NCBI GenBank assembly: GCA_027593235.1
Contig: JAQCIU010000018.1
Location: 1-64,000 of the forward strand
From: Chloroflexota bacterium
GTDB lineage: Bacteria > Chloroflexota > Dehalococcoidia > UBA2979
Direction: 5' to 3'
DNA: 64,000 nt
Shown: positions 48,640 through 58,647 of the stretch, in pieces
How the letters are laid out: every line of letters starts with the position of its first letter
Numbering within the stretch: position 1 is the stretch's first letter
The notes under the pieces: generated by a model
Told to the model about the DNA's origin: nothing
What the model saw: only the letters and a program-made list of their open reading frames with translations
Database searches by the model: none
Position numbers and translations under genes: made by a program

Positions 48640-49250
48640 CGCCGCTCGAACAACACCAGGTATGCGTCCATCGACCCGCCGTGGGACTGCATGACGTACG
48701 GCACGACCGCGCCCCGCGTGAACTCCGAGGCGAACACGCGATCCATCGAGGCCGTATCGGCAGCCTCGCCCTCGTGCCCCCCGGAGTGGCGGCCACCGCA
48801 GAGCAGGAACCGCGCGCCGGGCACCAGCACGCGTGTTAGCTCGTCGGCGTAGCGCTCGCGCTCCGCGTCCGGGACGTGGTGGAAACAGCCGCGGTCCTGC
48901 GCAAAGTGGACCGACGCGTCGCTGAACGGCAGTTCGAGGACCGAGCCTTCACGCCAGTCCACCATCACGCCCGCGTCGGCCGCGCGCGTCCGCGCGACCT
49001 TGATCGCTTCGCTGCTGAGGTCGAGCCCGATCGACCTGAACCCGAGGCTCGCGAGGAAGATCGCGTCCGTCCCGGCGCCACACCCGAGGTCAAGCGTCAC
49101 GCCGCCGGTGGGGATGTGTCCGGCCGCGACGATCGCCGCGAGATCAGGCGACGCCGCAAGCGGTTCTCCGTGCTCGCGGGCAGCCGCGCTGGCGTACCGC
49201 TCGTCCCAGAACGCCGCGTCCTGATCCGGCTCGTTCGCTTCTATGGGCAT
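48636..49250 (-). CDS. Class I SAM-dependent methyltransferase
   Basis: FWDERY, LDLGCGAG, DRGCFHH. Confidence 0.92.
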   Translation of the reverse strand: MPIEANEPDQDAAFWDERYASAAAREHGEPLAASPDLAAIVAAGHIPTGGVTLDLGCGAGTDAIFLASLGFRSIGLDLSSEAIKVARTRAADAGVMVDWREGSVLELPFSDASVHFAQDRGCFHHVPDAERERYADELTRVLVPGARFLLCGGRHSGGHEGEAADTASMDRVFASEFTRGAVVPYVMQSHGGSMDAYLVLFERR

Positions 49251-49253
49251 CGC

Positions 49254-50168
49254 CTACTCCGCCCGTGCCTGCACGGCTGGCACCACCTCGGCGGCGATCC
49301 GCGCGAGCTGTGACAGCCGGTTGCCGCCCGCAAACACGATGTTGAAGTGCCGCACCCCCGCGTCGACGAACTCACCGAGGCGCGCGGCCCACATCGAGGC
49401 GTCGCCGTACACCGTGTAGCGCTCGAAGCGGTCGAACGGCACGCGATACGTCTGCTCGATCCGCGCCGCGATCGTCTCGAGGGCGACCGCGAGGTCGTCG
49501 TCGAACATCCCCCAGAGCTGGAGCGCGGGCGTCAGCGTGTCGGGGTCGCGTCCGAGTGATTCGGCCTGGCCTCGGACGTTCGCCCAGCCCTCGGCGAATC
49601 GCTCCGGCGTGATCACGAACGGCATCCAGGCGTCGCCAAACTTTGCTGCGCGACGCTGGGCGGGGGCGGAGCGGCCGCCAACCCAGACCGGGATCGCCGG
49701 CTCCGGCACCACATCAAGGACCGCGGCATCGAGTTGCACGACTTCGTTCGCGAGGGTGACCGGCTCCCCCGTCCAGAGCGCCCGCACCGCCTCGAGCGTC
49801 TGATCGAGGTAAGCGCCGCGCTGGTCGAGCGGAACTCCCGAGGCCGCGAACTCGCTGGCGAACTCGCCACCGGCCCCGACCCCGAGTCGGAACCGCCCGC
49901 TCGAGAGCCACTGCAACGTCGCCGTCTGCTTCGCGAGCGCGGCCGGCTTCCGGAGCGCCGCCAGCAGCACGCCACTCCCGAGGGCAATCCGCTCGGTCAC
50001 GGCCGACGCCGCACCCAGCATCGTCAGCGGCTCCGGCCAGAAGACGTGCCACAGCACGTGGTCGCCGACCCACACGGAGTCGTAGCCAAGCGTCTCGGCG
50101 GTCTGCGCCCCAGCAAGGAATTCCTCCGGCGTCCCGCCGCCGGGCAGGACCCCAAACGTGACCGTCAC
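49254..50168 (-). CDS. LLM-class flavin-dependent oxidoreductase
   Basis: GYDSVWVGDH, LSSGRFRLGVG, PVWVGG. Confidence 0.92.
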   Translation of the reverse strand: MTVTFGVLPGGGTPEEFLAGAQTAETLGYDSVWVGDHVLWHVFWPEPLTMLGAASAVTERIALGSGVLLAALRKPAALAKQTATLQWLSSGRFRLGVGAGGEFASEFAASGVPLDQRGAYLDQTLEAVRALWTGEPVTLANEVVQLDAAVLDVVPEPAIPVWVGGRSAPAQRRAAKFGDAWMPFVITPERFAEGWANVRGQAESLGRDPDTLTPALQLWGMFDDDLAVALETIAARIEQTYRVPFDRFERYTVYGDASMWAARLGEFVDAGVRHFNIVFAGGNRLSQLARIAAEVVPAVQARAE

Positions 50169-50623
50169 GCGCCCCCCTCGAGGGCCGCGCGGGCGAGGTC
50201 GAGCCACGGCTGCTGGCGGTGGTCGAGGCGGACCGTCGCGAACGAGGCCCAGTAGAGCGTGATCTCGTCACCGCAATCGCACGGGTACGGCCAGCGATCC
50301 ACGACGACCTCGTTTGGTTCGAAGTGAAAGAGGTGGCGGTGGAACGGATTCCCCGCCTCGGAGATCTCGTCGAGGTAGCCCAACTCGCGATGCAGGGTGA
50401 CGTCCGCCAGTCCGGTCTCCTCGGCGAGTTCGCGAATCGCCGCTTCCTCGAAACTCTCGTGGGCCTCGACGGTGCAAGCGGGAAGCTGGAGCCCGGTGCG
50501 CGCGTGCTCGAAGACCAGCAGTTCGTGCGCGTCGCCGTCACCGCGAGTGACGACCGCCGTCGCCTTGCGGACCACGTCACTTCCTTCGAAGGCGGCGTTT
50601 GTGGGAGGTGGGGCGCCACTCAC
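50165..50623 (-). CDS. NUDIX hydrolase
   Basis: AAIRELAEETGL Nudix box (its first part reads PACTVE); GTGA overlap with nrtR. Confidence 0.85.
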   Translation of the reverse strand: MSGAPPPTNAAFEGSDVVRKATAVVTRGDGDAHELLVFEHARTGLQLPACTVEAHESFEEAAIRELAEETGLADVTLHRELGYLDEISEAGNPFHRHLFHFEPNEVVVDRWPYPCDCGDEITLYWASFATVRLDHRQQPWLDLARAALEGGA

Positions 50624-51258
50624 AGGAACACCGGTTCTCTCGAGGTGAAGCGGAACAGCTCCGCGGGCCGGTGCGCGCCCTCGCGCCGAACCTTTCCGGT
50701 CGCCTCGATCAGGCTGGTGGAGATCATCCGCTTCCGGAAGTTCCGCCGGTCCAACGGTTCGCCGAGGATCGCCTCGTACGTTCCCTGCAACTCGCGGACC
50801 GTGAACTCCGAGGCCATCAGCCCGAAAGCGATGTTGGTGTAATCGAGTTTCGCGCGGATCCGCTCGACCGCCTGATCGATCAGCCGGTTGTTGTCGAACG
50901 CCAGCGGCGGCAGCTCGTCGACCGCGAACCAGGCGGGGCGCCACGCCTCCTCCTCGCGCAGCCGCACGGTGCCCGCCTCGACCAGCGCGAAGTAGGCGAC
51001 CGCGACCGCGTCCCGGCTTGCGTCGAGCCCCGAGGTGGTGAAGAGCTGTTCGAGGTAGACGTCGGTCGCGCCCGTCTCCTGGACCAGCTTCCGCGTCGCC
51101 GATTCGTTCAGCGACTCGTTGCAGTCCCAGAGACCGCCGGGTAGCGCCCAGGTGCCGGCCTCCGGCTCGCCAGTGCGATGCACAAGCAGCACCTGCAAGC
51201 GCCCTTCGGCAACGGCGAAGATCGCGACGATCGTGGCGACGGTGGGTGAGCGGTTCAT
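50620..51258 (-). CDS. nrtR: NrtR-type Nudix transcriptional regulator
   Basis: WALPGG, YLEQLFT, LAFD, winged helix LDRRNFRK...HRPAELF; near the nad operon. Confidence 0.9.
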   Translation of the reverse strand: MNRSPTVATIVAIFAVAEGRLQVLLVHRTGEPEAGTWALPGGLWDCNESLNESATRKLVQETGATDVYLEQLFTTSGLDASRDAVAVAYFALVEAGTVRLREEEAWRPAWFAVDELPPLAFDNNRLIDQAVERIRAKLDYTNIAFGLMASEFTVRELQGTYEAILGEPLDRRNFRKRMISTSLIEATGKVRREGAHRPAELFRFTSREPVFL

Positions 51259-51304
51259 CTACCTCGACGGTACGACGCAGCCGACCGTCGCTGCTACCGG
51301 CGAA

Positions 51305-51360
51305 CGCCCGAGGGCCAGACGATCGCCCGAGGCCAGACGAAATCGCCCGAGGCTAGACGA
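51305..51360. repeat. Three imperfect tandem units of about 19 bp overlapping the miaB stop
   Basis: cgcccgagggccagacgat / cgcccgaggccagacgaaat / cgcccgaggctagacga. Confidence 0.8.
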
Positions 51361-52669
51361 GAGGAAGCGCGAGCGAGTTTGCCTCGCGGCCGCGCAGCGA
51401 CCACGACGTGACCTCGTCGATTGTCACGTCGACCAGCTTGCCGATACGCCCGACCCCGTCGAAGTGGACGAGCTGCCCGTGCCGCGTGCGTCCGGTCGAG
51501 CGACCGTCGGCTTCGCGCTCCACGAGGACCTCGGCGGTCAGCCCGAGCAGGCGCTGGTTGATGCGCTCCGAGGATGCTGCGTGGATCGCCTCGATCTCGT
51601 GCAGGCGTTCCTTCTTCAGCTCGCGCGGGACGTCGTCCTCGAGCTTCTTGAAGGCGTAGGTGCCCGGCCGCGGCGAGTAGGCGGCGACGTGGATGATGTC
51701 GAACTGCGTGCGGTTGAGCAGATCGAGGGTGTCCTGGAACTCCGCCTCGGTCTCGCCGGGGCAACCGACGATCACGTCGGTCGCGATCGCGGCGTCCGGC
51801 ATCCGCGAGCGGATCTTCGCGACGCGTTCCTCGAAGTTCTCGATGGTGTAACCGCGCCGCATCCGCTCCAGCATCGACTCGGACCCCGACTGGACCGGGA
51901 TGTTGAAGTGCTCGCAAACCTTCGGCAGGTCGGCGACCGCGTCGATGATGCGGTCCGTCATGTCCTTCGGGTACGAGGTGAGGAATCGCGTCCGCGCGAT
52001 CCCATCGATCGCCTCGATGCCCTCGAACAACGTCGCGAGGTCGGCCTCCTCGTTCTCGAGGTCGTGCCCATAGGCCTCGACCGTCTGCCCGAGCAGCGTC
52101 ACCTCGCGCACCCCATGGTTGGCGAGGTGTTGGACCTCGGCGAGGACGTCCGCGCTGGCGCGTGACTCCTCGCGCCCGCGGCGCAGCGGCACGATGCAAT
52201 ACGTGCAGAACTTGTCGCAGCCGTGGATCACCGGCACATAGGCCGTCGGCCCGGTCGGCGTCCCGAACGTCGTGCTCATCTGGATCAGCGAGCTACCGAG
52301 TTCACCCTCGGACACATCGCGCTGCATCGAGGCGAGATCGAGGATCGGGTCGAACTGCTGCGGCCGCGCCCACGCGTCCACGTACGGGAAGCGCCGCTCA
52401 AGCTCGTCCGTCTTCGGCCCGACCATGCAGCCCATCACCGCGATCTGCAGCTCCTTGCCCGCCGCGCGCTGCTTCCGCAGCACGCCCAGCTTGGAGTAGG
52501 CGCGGTCCTCGGCATGCTGCCGCACAGAGCACGTGTTGATCACGAACAGGTCGGCGTCGTCTTCCGAGGGCGCCTCGTGGTACCCGAGCTGCTCAAGCCC
52601 AGCCGCCAGCTTCAGCGAGTCCGCCTGGTTCATCTGACAGCCGAGAGTCCAGATATGGAAGGTCGCCAT
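51353..52669 (-). CDS. miaB: tRNA methylthiotransferase
   Basis: TLGCQMN, NTCSVR, GCDKFCTYCIVP radical SAM motif, TRAM domain. Confidence 0.96.
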   Translation of the reverse strand: MATFHIWTLGCQMNQADSLKLAAGLEQLGYHEAPSEDDADLFVINTCSVRQHAEDRAYSKLGVLRKQRAAGKELQIAVMGCMVGPKTDELERRFPYVDAWARPQQFDPILDLASMQRDVSEGELGSSLIQMSTTFGTPTGPTAYVPVIHGCDKFCTYCIVPLRRGREESRASADVLAEVQHLANHGVREVTLLGQTVEAYGHDLENEEADLATLFEGIEAIDGIARTRFLTSYPKDMTDRIIDAVADLPKVCEHFNIPVQSGSESMLERMRRGYTIENFEERVAKIRSRMPDAAIATDVIVGCPGETEAEFQDTLDLLNRTQFDIIHVAAYSPRPGTYAFKKLEDDVPRELKKERLHEIEAIHAASSERINQRLLGLTAEVLVEREADGRSTGRTRHGQLVHFDGVGRIGKLVDVTIDEVTSWSLRGREANSLALPLV

Positions 52670-52723
52670 GGTGGTTCCGATTGAGGGCTCGCTGTGCCGA
52701 CCGATGGGTCGCGTGGCGCGTGC

Positions 52724-52813
52724 TGGCGGAGGGGGAGGGATTCGAACCCTCGATCCCCGTGAAGGGATAAGCGCTTAGCAGGCGCCCGCACTAGGCCACT
52801 ATGCGACCCCTCC
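52724..52813 (-). tRNA. tRNA-Ser (anticodon GCT)
   Basis: GGAGGGG...GGCGC-CTGCTAA-GCGCT, long variable arm, GGTTCGAATCC, CCA end. Confidence 0.96.
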
Positions 52814-52917
52814 GGAGCATGGCACGCCTCGGTCCTTGCGGGCCGCGACGCTCGACGATGGTAGGAACGACCGGAGGGCCACGCAATGCGAAGGTCACCG
52901 ACCGGCTTCCGGAGACG

Positions 52918-53997
52918 CTATCGAGTGGCGCGCCGTCGCGTCACCAGCAAGCCGACGGCGGTGCTGATCAGGATCGCCGTGAGGATTGCTCCTCGAGCGA
53001 TTTCGACGCTGGCCAGGGCTGTCGATTGCGGCGGCAGAGGCTCCGATTCCGTTCGTACCAGCGGCGAGATTCGTATCGTCAACACGTCGGGTTCCGGCGC
53101 GGCGCGGTGGTTCACGCGAGGTGGACCAACCAGCTCGTCGATGACGCTGAGCAGTTCTGGAGGAGCGTTCCAGGCCGGCCACGATGGCCAGCCTTCGGGA
53201 GCGCGCGCGAGAAATGCCTCGGGGCGGAACAGCGTGTACTCGACGCGTCGCCCCTCGGGCAGCGTGAGTTCGATGCGAACGTCTTGATCGCGATAGACCG
53301 GCCAGTAACCTCCCTGCCACTGCCCGAAGTGTGTCCCTTCGCCACCCTCAAAGTCGGCGGGAACGAGTTCGGCTCGCGGGGTTGCCGAGAGAAACTCCGG
53401 CCAGAACCAGTCTGCTTGATCCGCATGGAGCAGCGTCATTTGCACGTCGACACGGAGACGAACGTCCACCCGCTCGCGCCGCGTTTCGCGGGCGACTTGC
53501 AGCACGTCAAAGAAGGATGGATCGGTGAACCCTTGCGCCAGGAGTACGACGTAGCGCTGAAGAAAAGCGTTCCGCCCAGAGTCGAGCTGGAACCAGAATT
53601 GGTCGCCCCTGGCCGAACTCAACTCGACGATTCCGGTCGCGGGCTAGTACGTGGCTCTCCCGTACGCGATGTTCTCCTCGGCCGTTCCGGGGAGTTGGTG
53701 ATGGCGGGCCAGTTCGTCCCAGTAGCCGTCAACGACCTCGAACGCTGGACCTGGATCGACGGGCAGCGACGCGAGTGGCTGCGGACTGAGGTCGGTTTGC
53801 CAGAACCGCTGTGAGCTGGCGGAGAACCCGTAGGTGATGCCGAGACGAGCGACGTCCTCGCGCGCGACGGTCACGGTTTCGTGCGACTCGAGCGAGCGGA
53901 TCGTCGTAGCGGGAACCTTCGCCTCGGTTCGAGTGGGTGCCATGATCAGCAGCGCTACGCCGAGCAAGACGATCAGTCGTGCCGGTGGTCGGTTCAT
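52918..53997 (-). CDS. Secreted, C-terminally membrane-anchored hypothetical protein with an in-frame TAG at 53644-53646
   Basis: Signal peptide MNRPPARLIVLLGVALL..EA; GRATY*PATGIVEL is continuous in frame; C-terminal TM + RRR. Confidence 0.7.
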
Positions 53998-54031
53998 CTG
54001 GTGCTCCCGGGGTTCGGTAGCAGTACCCCGG

Positions 54032-54565
54032 TCAGCCCCCTTCGGTTCCCGTTTCGAGGTCATCCCGTAGCGCCGCCACCTCCTCGGGGTGCCGCGCCAC
54101 GAACCAATCGGCGAGCAGCGGCAAGTATTCCCGCTGCTGATCGAGGGGCAGCGTGAAGAAGCTGACGCCGGTCATGCCACGGCAGCGCTCCGCGCCGCAG
54201 TGGCACGCCCAGCTCTCGCCGCCGCTGTTGTTCACGAGGTAGTCGACCCGAATCTCCTCGCCGGCGGGGATCGCCCGGCGCGCCACGATCTCGGCGTGCC
54301 CGTCGACGTAACGCCCCCAGGCATTCGGATCGCACGAGTGGTTGTAGTAGCGGTCGGGCTCGCCGTAGAGCACAACCTTGCCGTCGGGATACGCGCAGTG
54401 CTCGGACCGCTCGCCCTGGTCGGGGCGGAGCGGTGCGTCGTCGGTCACCTCGCGGATCACGTTGACTACGCGGACCCGCTCGCCGGCCGCGAAGTCGCGC
54501 CTCGCGAACACGCCGAGTCCTTGCACCGGTGATTCGCGCACCTCGACATCGCCGAAGGTCGTCAT
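54032..54565 (-). CDS. SET-domain protein with post-SET Zn motif
   Basis: GLGVFA, YNHSCDPN, GEEIRVDY, CHCGAERCRG. Confidence 0.92.
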   Translation of the reverse strand: MTTFGDVEVRESPVQGLGVFARRDFAAGERVRVVNVIREVTDDAPLRPDQGERSEHCAYPDGKVVLYGEPDRYYNHSCDPNAWGRYVDGHAEIVARRAIPAGEEIRVDYLVNNSGGESWACHCGAERCRGMTGVSFFTLPLDQQREYLPLLADWFVARHPEEVAALRDDLETGTEGG

Positions 54566-54625
54566 CGTCGTCTCGCGTTTACACGCAGCCGTTACGCTCA
54601 GCCGCAGGATAAGGAGCGGGGCAAC

Positions 54626-55612
54626 ATGGCGGATGAAATGCTCGAACGACGCACCCTCGGACGGACCGGCCTCGAGGTGACCGCGATCGGCTTCGGCGCC
54701 GGTGGCTTCAGCCGCGCCGGCCTCGGTGACGGCGTCGACCACGCCGCCGGCGTCGTCGCCCAGGCGATCGACTCCGGCATCAACCTCATCGACACCGCCG
54801 AGATGTACCGCACCGAGCCCGCCGTCGCCGCGGGCATCGCTCGCTCCTCGAAGACGCGCGACGAGGTCGTGATCGCGACCAAGGTCGGCTACCGCGAGCG
54901 TGGCGCTGATCGGCTGCGCACCCCCGAGGAGCTTGAAGCCGCGCTTCGCGCCCGCCTCGATGCGCTGGAGAGCGACTACCTCGACGTCGTCCAGCTCCAC
55001 GGACTGACGCCCGAGGACTACGAGCAGGTGCGCGACGATCTGCTCCCCGTCTTGGAGCGCGCCCGCGACGCCGGCACCGTCCGCTGGATCGGGGTCACCG
55101 AGGCGTTCCGGTCCGACCGAGGCCACGCGATGCTCGCCCGCGCCATCGCCGACGGCTGCTGGGACGTCGTCATGGTCGGCTTCAACCTGCTCAACCAGAG
55201 CGCCCGCGAGCGCGTGCTCGCGCCGGCAATCGCGGCGAACATCGGCGTGATGGACATGTTCGCCGTCCGCCAGGCGCTCCGCGACCTCGAGGTGGTGAGC
55301 CCGCACCTCCGCGAGGAAGCAGCCGCTGGTGTGTTGCCCTCGGACCTCGATGTCGAGGGGACGCTCGCGCTCCTGGCTCGCCACATTGGCGGCGCGGTGC
55401 CAACCCTGCCAGACCTCGCCTACCGCTTCGTCCGCGCCGAGCCGGGCGTCTCGACCGTCCTCGTTGGCACCGGGAACCCGGAGCACCTGCGCGACAACCT
55501 CGCGTCGTTCACCCGACCCGCCCTCGACGCGGCCGTGCTCGAAGAGCTGCGGCTTGTCTTCGACGGCGTCGAGGCGCTGAACGGCGAAACGGGAGCACGA
55601 GCGCGCCGCTGA
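54626..55612 (+). CDS. Aldo/keto reductase
   Basis: LGRTGLEV, IDTAEMY, IATK, YLDVVQLH. Confidence 0.93.
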   Translation: MADEMLERRTLGRTGLEVTAIGFGAGGFSRAGLGDGVDHAAGVVAQAIDSGINLIDTAEMYRTEPAVAAGIARSSKTRDEVVIATKVGYRERGADRLRTPEELEAALRARLDALESDYLDVVQLHGLTPEDYEQVRDDLLPVLERARDAGTVRWIGVTEAFRSDRGHAMLARAIADGCWDVVMVGFNLLNQSARERVLAPAIAANIGVMDMFAVRQALRDLEVVSPHLREEAAAGVLPSDLDVEGTLALLARHIGGAVPTLPDLAYRFVRAEPGVSTVLVGTGNPEHLRDNLASFTRPALDAAVLEELRLVFDGVEALNGETGARARR

Positions 55613-55695
55613 AGTCGCCGACTCTCGTGAGCTTCCGGAACTCGGTGCGGTCGTTGTCCGGTTGCTCACGAGATCAGGGCTCGTAGGATGCTCTG

Positions 55696-58647
55696 GTGCC
55701 AGAGGGGGACTTGGTGACCGCACGTCACGGACTGATCGCAACGCTGCTGCTCGGGATGCTCGTCGCTGCCGCGATGCTTGGCCCGTCCCTGTCTGGTTCG
55801 TCCCCCGCTCTAGCGCAAACCGCGGATGAGCCGCTCCTCCTCGCCAGTGGCGATTGCCGCGACTACATGGGACGCCAGGTCCCGTTCGACGGGTCCCGCG
55901 ATCCGGGGTTCTGGACCTCCGTGTGGAACGCGGCGATCGAGAACGGTTACGCGTGCGACATGCTCTCCGGTGTCGGCAATGTCGAGTTCACCGTCGTCGA
56001 GGGCCAGCTCGAATCCGGGCCCAACGGCGTCCCCCAGGTCGCGCAGGGCGACGTGGTGCAGGCCACCACAACCATCCCAGCCGGTACCACCGCCACATGG
56101 TCGTGGGTGCCCGGCACCGCGATCGAGGGGTGCGGAACCAGCGACGCCACCTGTCGCTTCGAGGTATCCGGCGTCGGCTACAAGCAGGTCGGGGTCTATC
56201 AGCGCGGCGCCTGCGGCGCGATCCGCTGCCTCGAAGGAGCGGCCTGGACGGTCCTCTTCATCCCGGGCACGGGAACCATCCGCGGCCACATCACGAACAG
56301 TGATGGCGAACCGGTCGCGAACATCCTGCTCACCGTCGTCGGCGACGAAACCAACGAGCAGGTCATCACAGACGACGACGGCGAGTACAAGATCGACGTC
56401 CCCCAAGGCGACTACGTCGTCACACCCCGCGACTACGCAGACGCCTACGATCCGGACGCGCCCCAGTTCCTCCACTTCGATCCGCCCGCCGAGAACGTGA
56501 CGCTGACTGACGAGGCCACGGCCGACTTCGAACTGCGCGGCTGGTCACTCTCCGGCGTCATCACCGAGGATCGCGAAGACACCCCGCTCGCGGGCGTGCG
56601 CGTCAAGGTCTGGCGTGGCGAACGCGCGTTCATCGCAACCACCGAGGCGAATGGCCGCTACGAGATCACGCTGCCCGAAGGCAGCTACACCGTGGAGCCG
56701 CGAACGCCGATCCCACACGACGACGCGGCCGTCTCGGGCGGTGCGTTCGAGCCCCGTCGACTCGCGGTCAGCCTCAGCGCGGACATCGAAGACGCCAACT
56801 TCGAGGTCGATACGACGCTCGACCTCGAACTGACGATCGAATCGGCCGGTGGCAATCGCAAGCTGATCCAGGTCACGGTACGCAATCAGGATGGCGATCC
56901 GGTGCCCGAACAAGACGTCGAGCTCATCGGTTGGACCTTCCCACCCTGGGCGCTTGTCTGCCGGACCGACGGCCGGCGGGTCTGGCCCACGGTGCTGCCG
57001 CACCACGGCGACGGATTCATCCCAACAGCCAACGAGGACAATCCAATCACCGCAGTCACCGATAGCTCCGGCGTCGCCGAGCTGTACCTGCTCGCCGGAA
57101 CGCAGGCGGGCGAGTACTCGATGGAGGCACGGATCCCCGACTCCGATCGGGAAGATGAAACCGACGTCGCCTCCGTGTCGCTGAGCGCCGGGCCCAGCGG
57201 ACTGCCGAGCGCGAGCGCGCTAGCCGACGAGCTGGCGATCTTCTTCCGAACGACCCAGACCCGCGCTGGCAGTCCAACCCAAGGCGCGAGCGGCGGGCAG
57301 ACCTCGTTCCTCATGGCGATGGCGGAACACAACTACAACCTCGCGCCCTACGCCCCGATCTATGCAGCCGACGGCAGCGGCGCTGGCATCATCTTCTATC
57401 GGTCCTCCGACGCCGCCACGACGGACGCGATCCTCGACACCCTGCTCGGCGCAAGCGCATCCGGTCAGGGCTCGATCCAGGCCTTCGTGCTCGACGCCGA
57501 CCCAATGCAGCTCGTCGGACAGGGCAACCCGGTGCCACCCGAACTCCCCACGCTCCGCCAATGGGTCGAGGGCTACTCCGGCCAGCTTCGCGCTCGGATC
57601 AGCGATCTGAGCAACCCCAACGCCACGCCGCCGGCTGGCTTTGCCGCGGTGGCGCACGGAGCGGCACGCCCCGGACGGCTCGGCGCTGGCTAGGACGAAA
57701 CGCAGCTCACCTTCTGGGGCTGGCCGCCCCCGCCCGCCCCCAGCAGCGGTGAAGCGTGGAGCCTCTTCTCCCGCTGCACCGGCGCGAGCTGGGCCGCCTC
57801 CGCGAGCAGCGTCTACTCGCCGGTCAACCTGCTCTACGTCGATCCCGAGGGCAATCGGCTCGGCTACGACGCCACCGGTGAGTTCTTCGGCGAGATCCCC
57901 GGCGGTTTCGTCTCCGGTGAACCGGGCGACGAGCCCGTGACCTACATCCTCCCGACTGGTGACTACGAGGTGCAGGTCTTCGGGACCGGTTCCGGTCCCG
58001 CGACGATCCGCTTCGAAACACCCGGTGACGATGGCCCCGGCTTCGCCGCGTTCAGCTTCGATGCGACCGAGGGCGTCAACGGCACCGTGTCGCTGACCGG
58101 CAACGTTCCCGCGGCGGTCCTCTCCTACGGCAGCGCCTTCGTCCCGTCGACCGCCGGCTTGATGCTGTCGATCGCCGGAGCCCCGGCCGCGCTCCCGCTC
58201 GATACGTGGACCGAAGTCACCGTCGAGGTCGCCACCAGCACCGGTCAGCCCGCGCCCGGCGCCACCGTCCACGCGACCACGCCCGACGGAACCGTCGACG
58301 CCAGGCCCGTCGCCGGACCCGACGGCAGCGCGACGTTCTCGATCCGGCCGATCACCCCGGGGCTCCCGATCACCCTCGAGGTCTCCGGCCCCGGCTACGC
58401 GCCCGCGACCGTGACCATCGAAACCGCCCCCGACGCACCGCCCCCGCCTGATGCCGCTGCCGAGGTGACCGCGACCGCCACGCCATCCAGCGCTGTCACC
58501 GCGACACCCACGACCGACGGTTCTGGCGCGTCCGAGGATGGCGGCGGTTCGTCGAGCACCTTGTTGATCGTGATCGGCGCAGCGGTCGCGCTGGTGGCCG
58601 CGGGTGGCTTCTTCGTCTGGCGTCGTCGGAGCGGAGCACCCGAATGA
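55696..58647 (+). CDS. Large secreted surface protein with carboxypeptidase-regulatory-like/Ig repeats and a C-terminal anchor; in-frame TAG at 57691-57693
   Basis: Signal peptide; TDDDGEY / TEANGRY repeats; the frame continues past TAG through SPVNLLYVDPEGNRLGY into ORF 57937..58647; TM + RRRS. Confidence 0.8.

Noticed and set aside
51305-51360. Possible mini CRISPR array
   Set aside because: Contiguous units without spacers; no cas genes or repeat-spacer arrays seen anywhere in the window
52724-52813. CTA inside the anticodon loop (CTGCTAA), suggesting an amber suppressor
   Set aside because: The 5-bp stem and 7-nt loop place GCT as the anticodon; this is an ordinary tRNA-Ser
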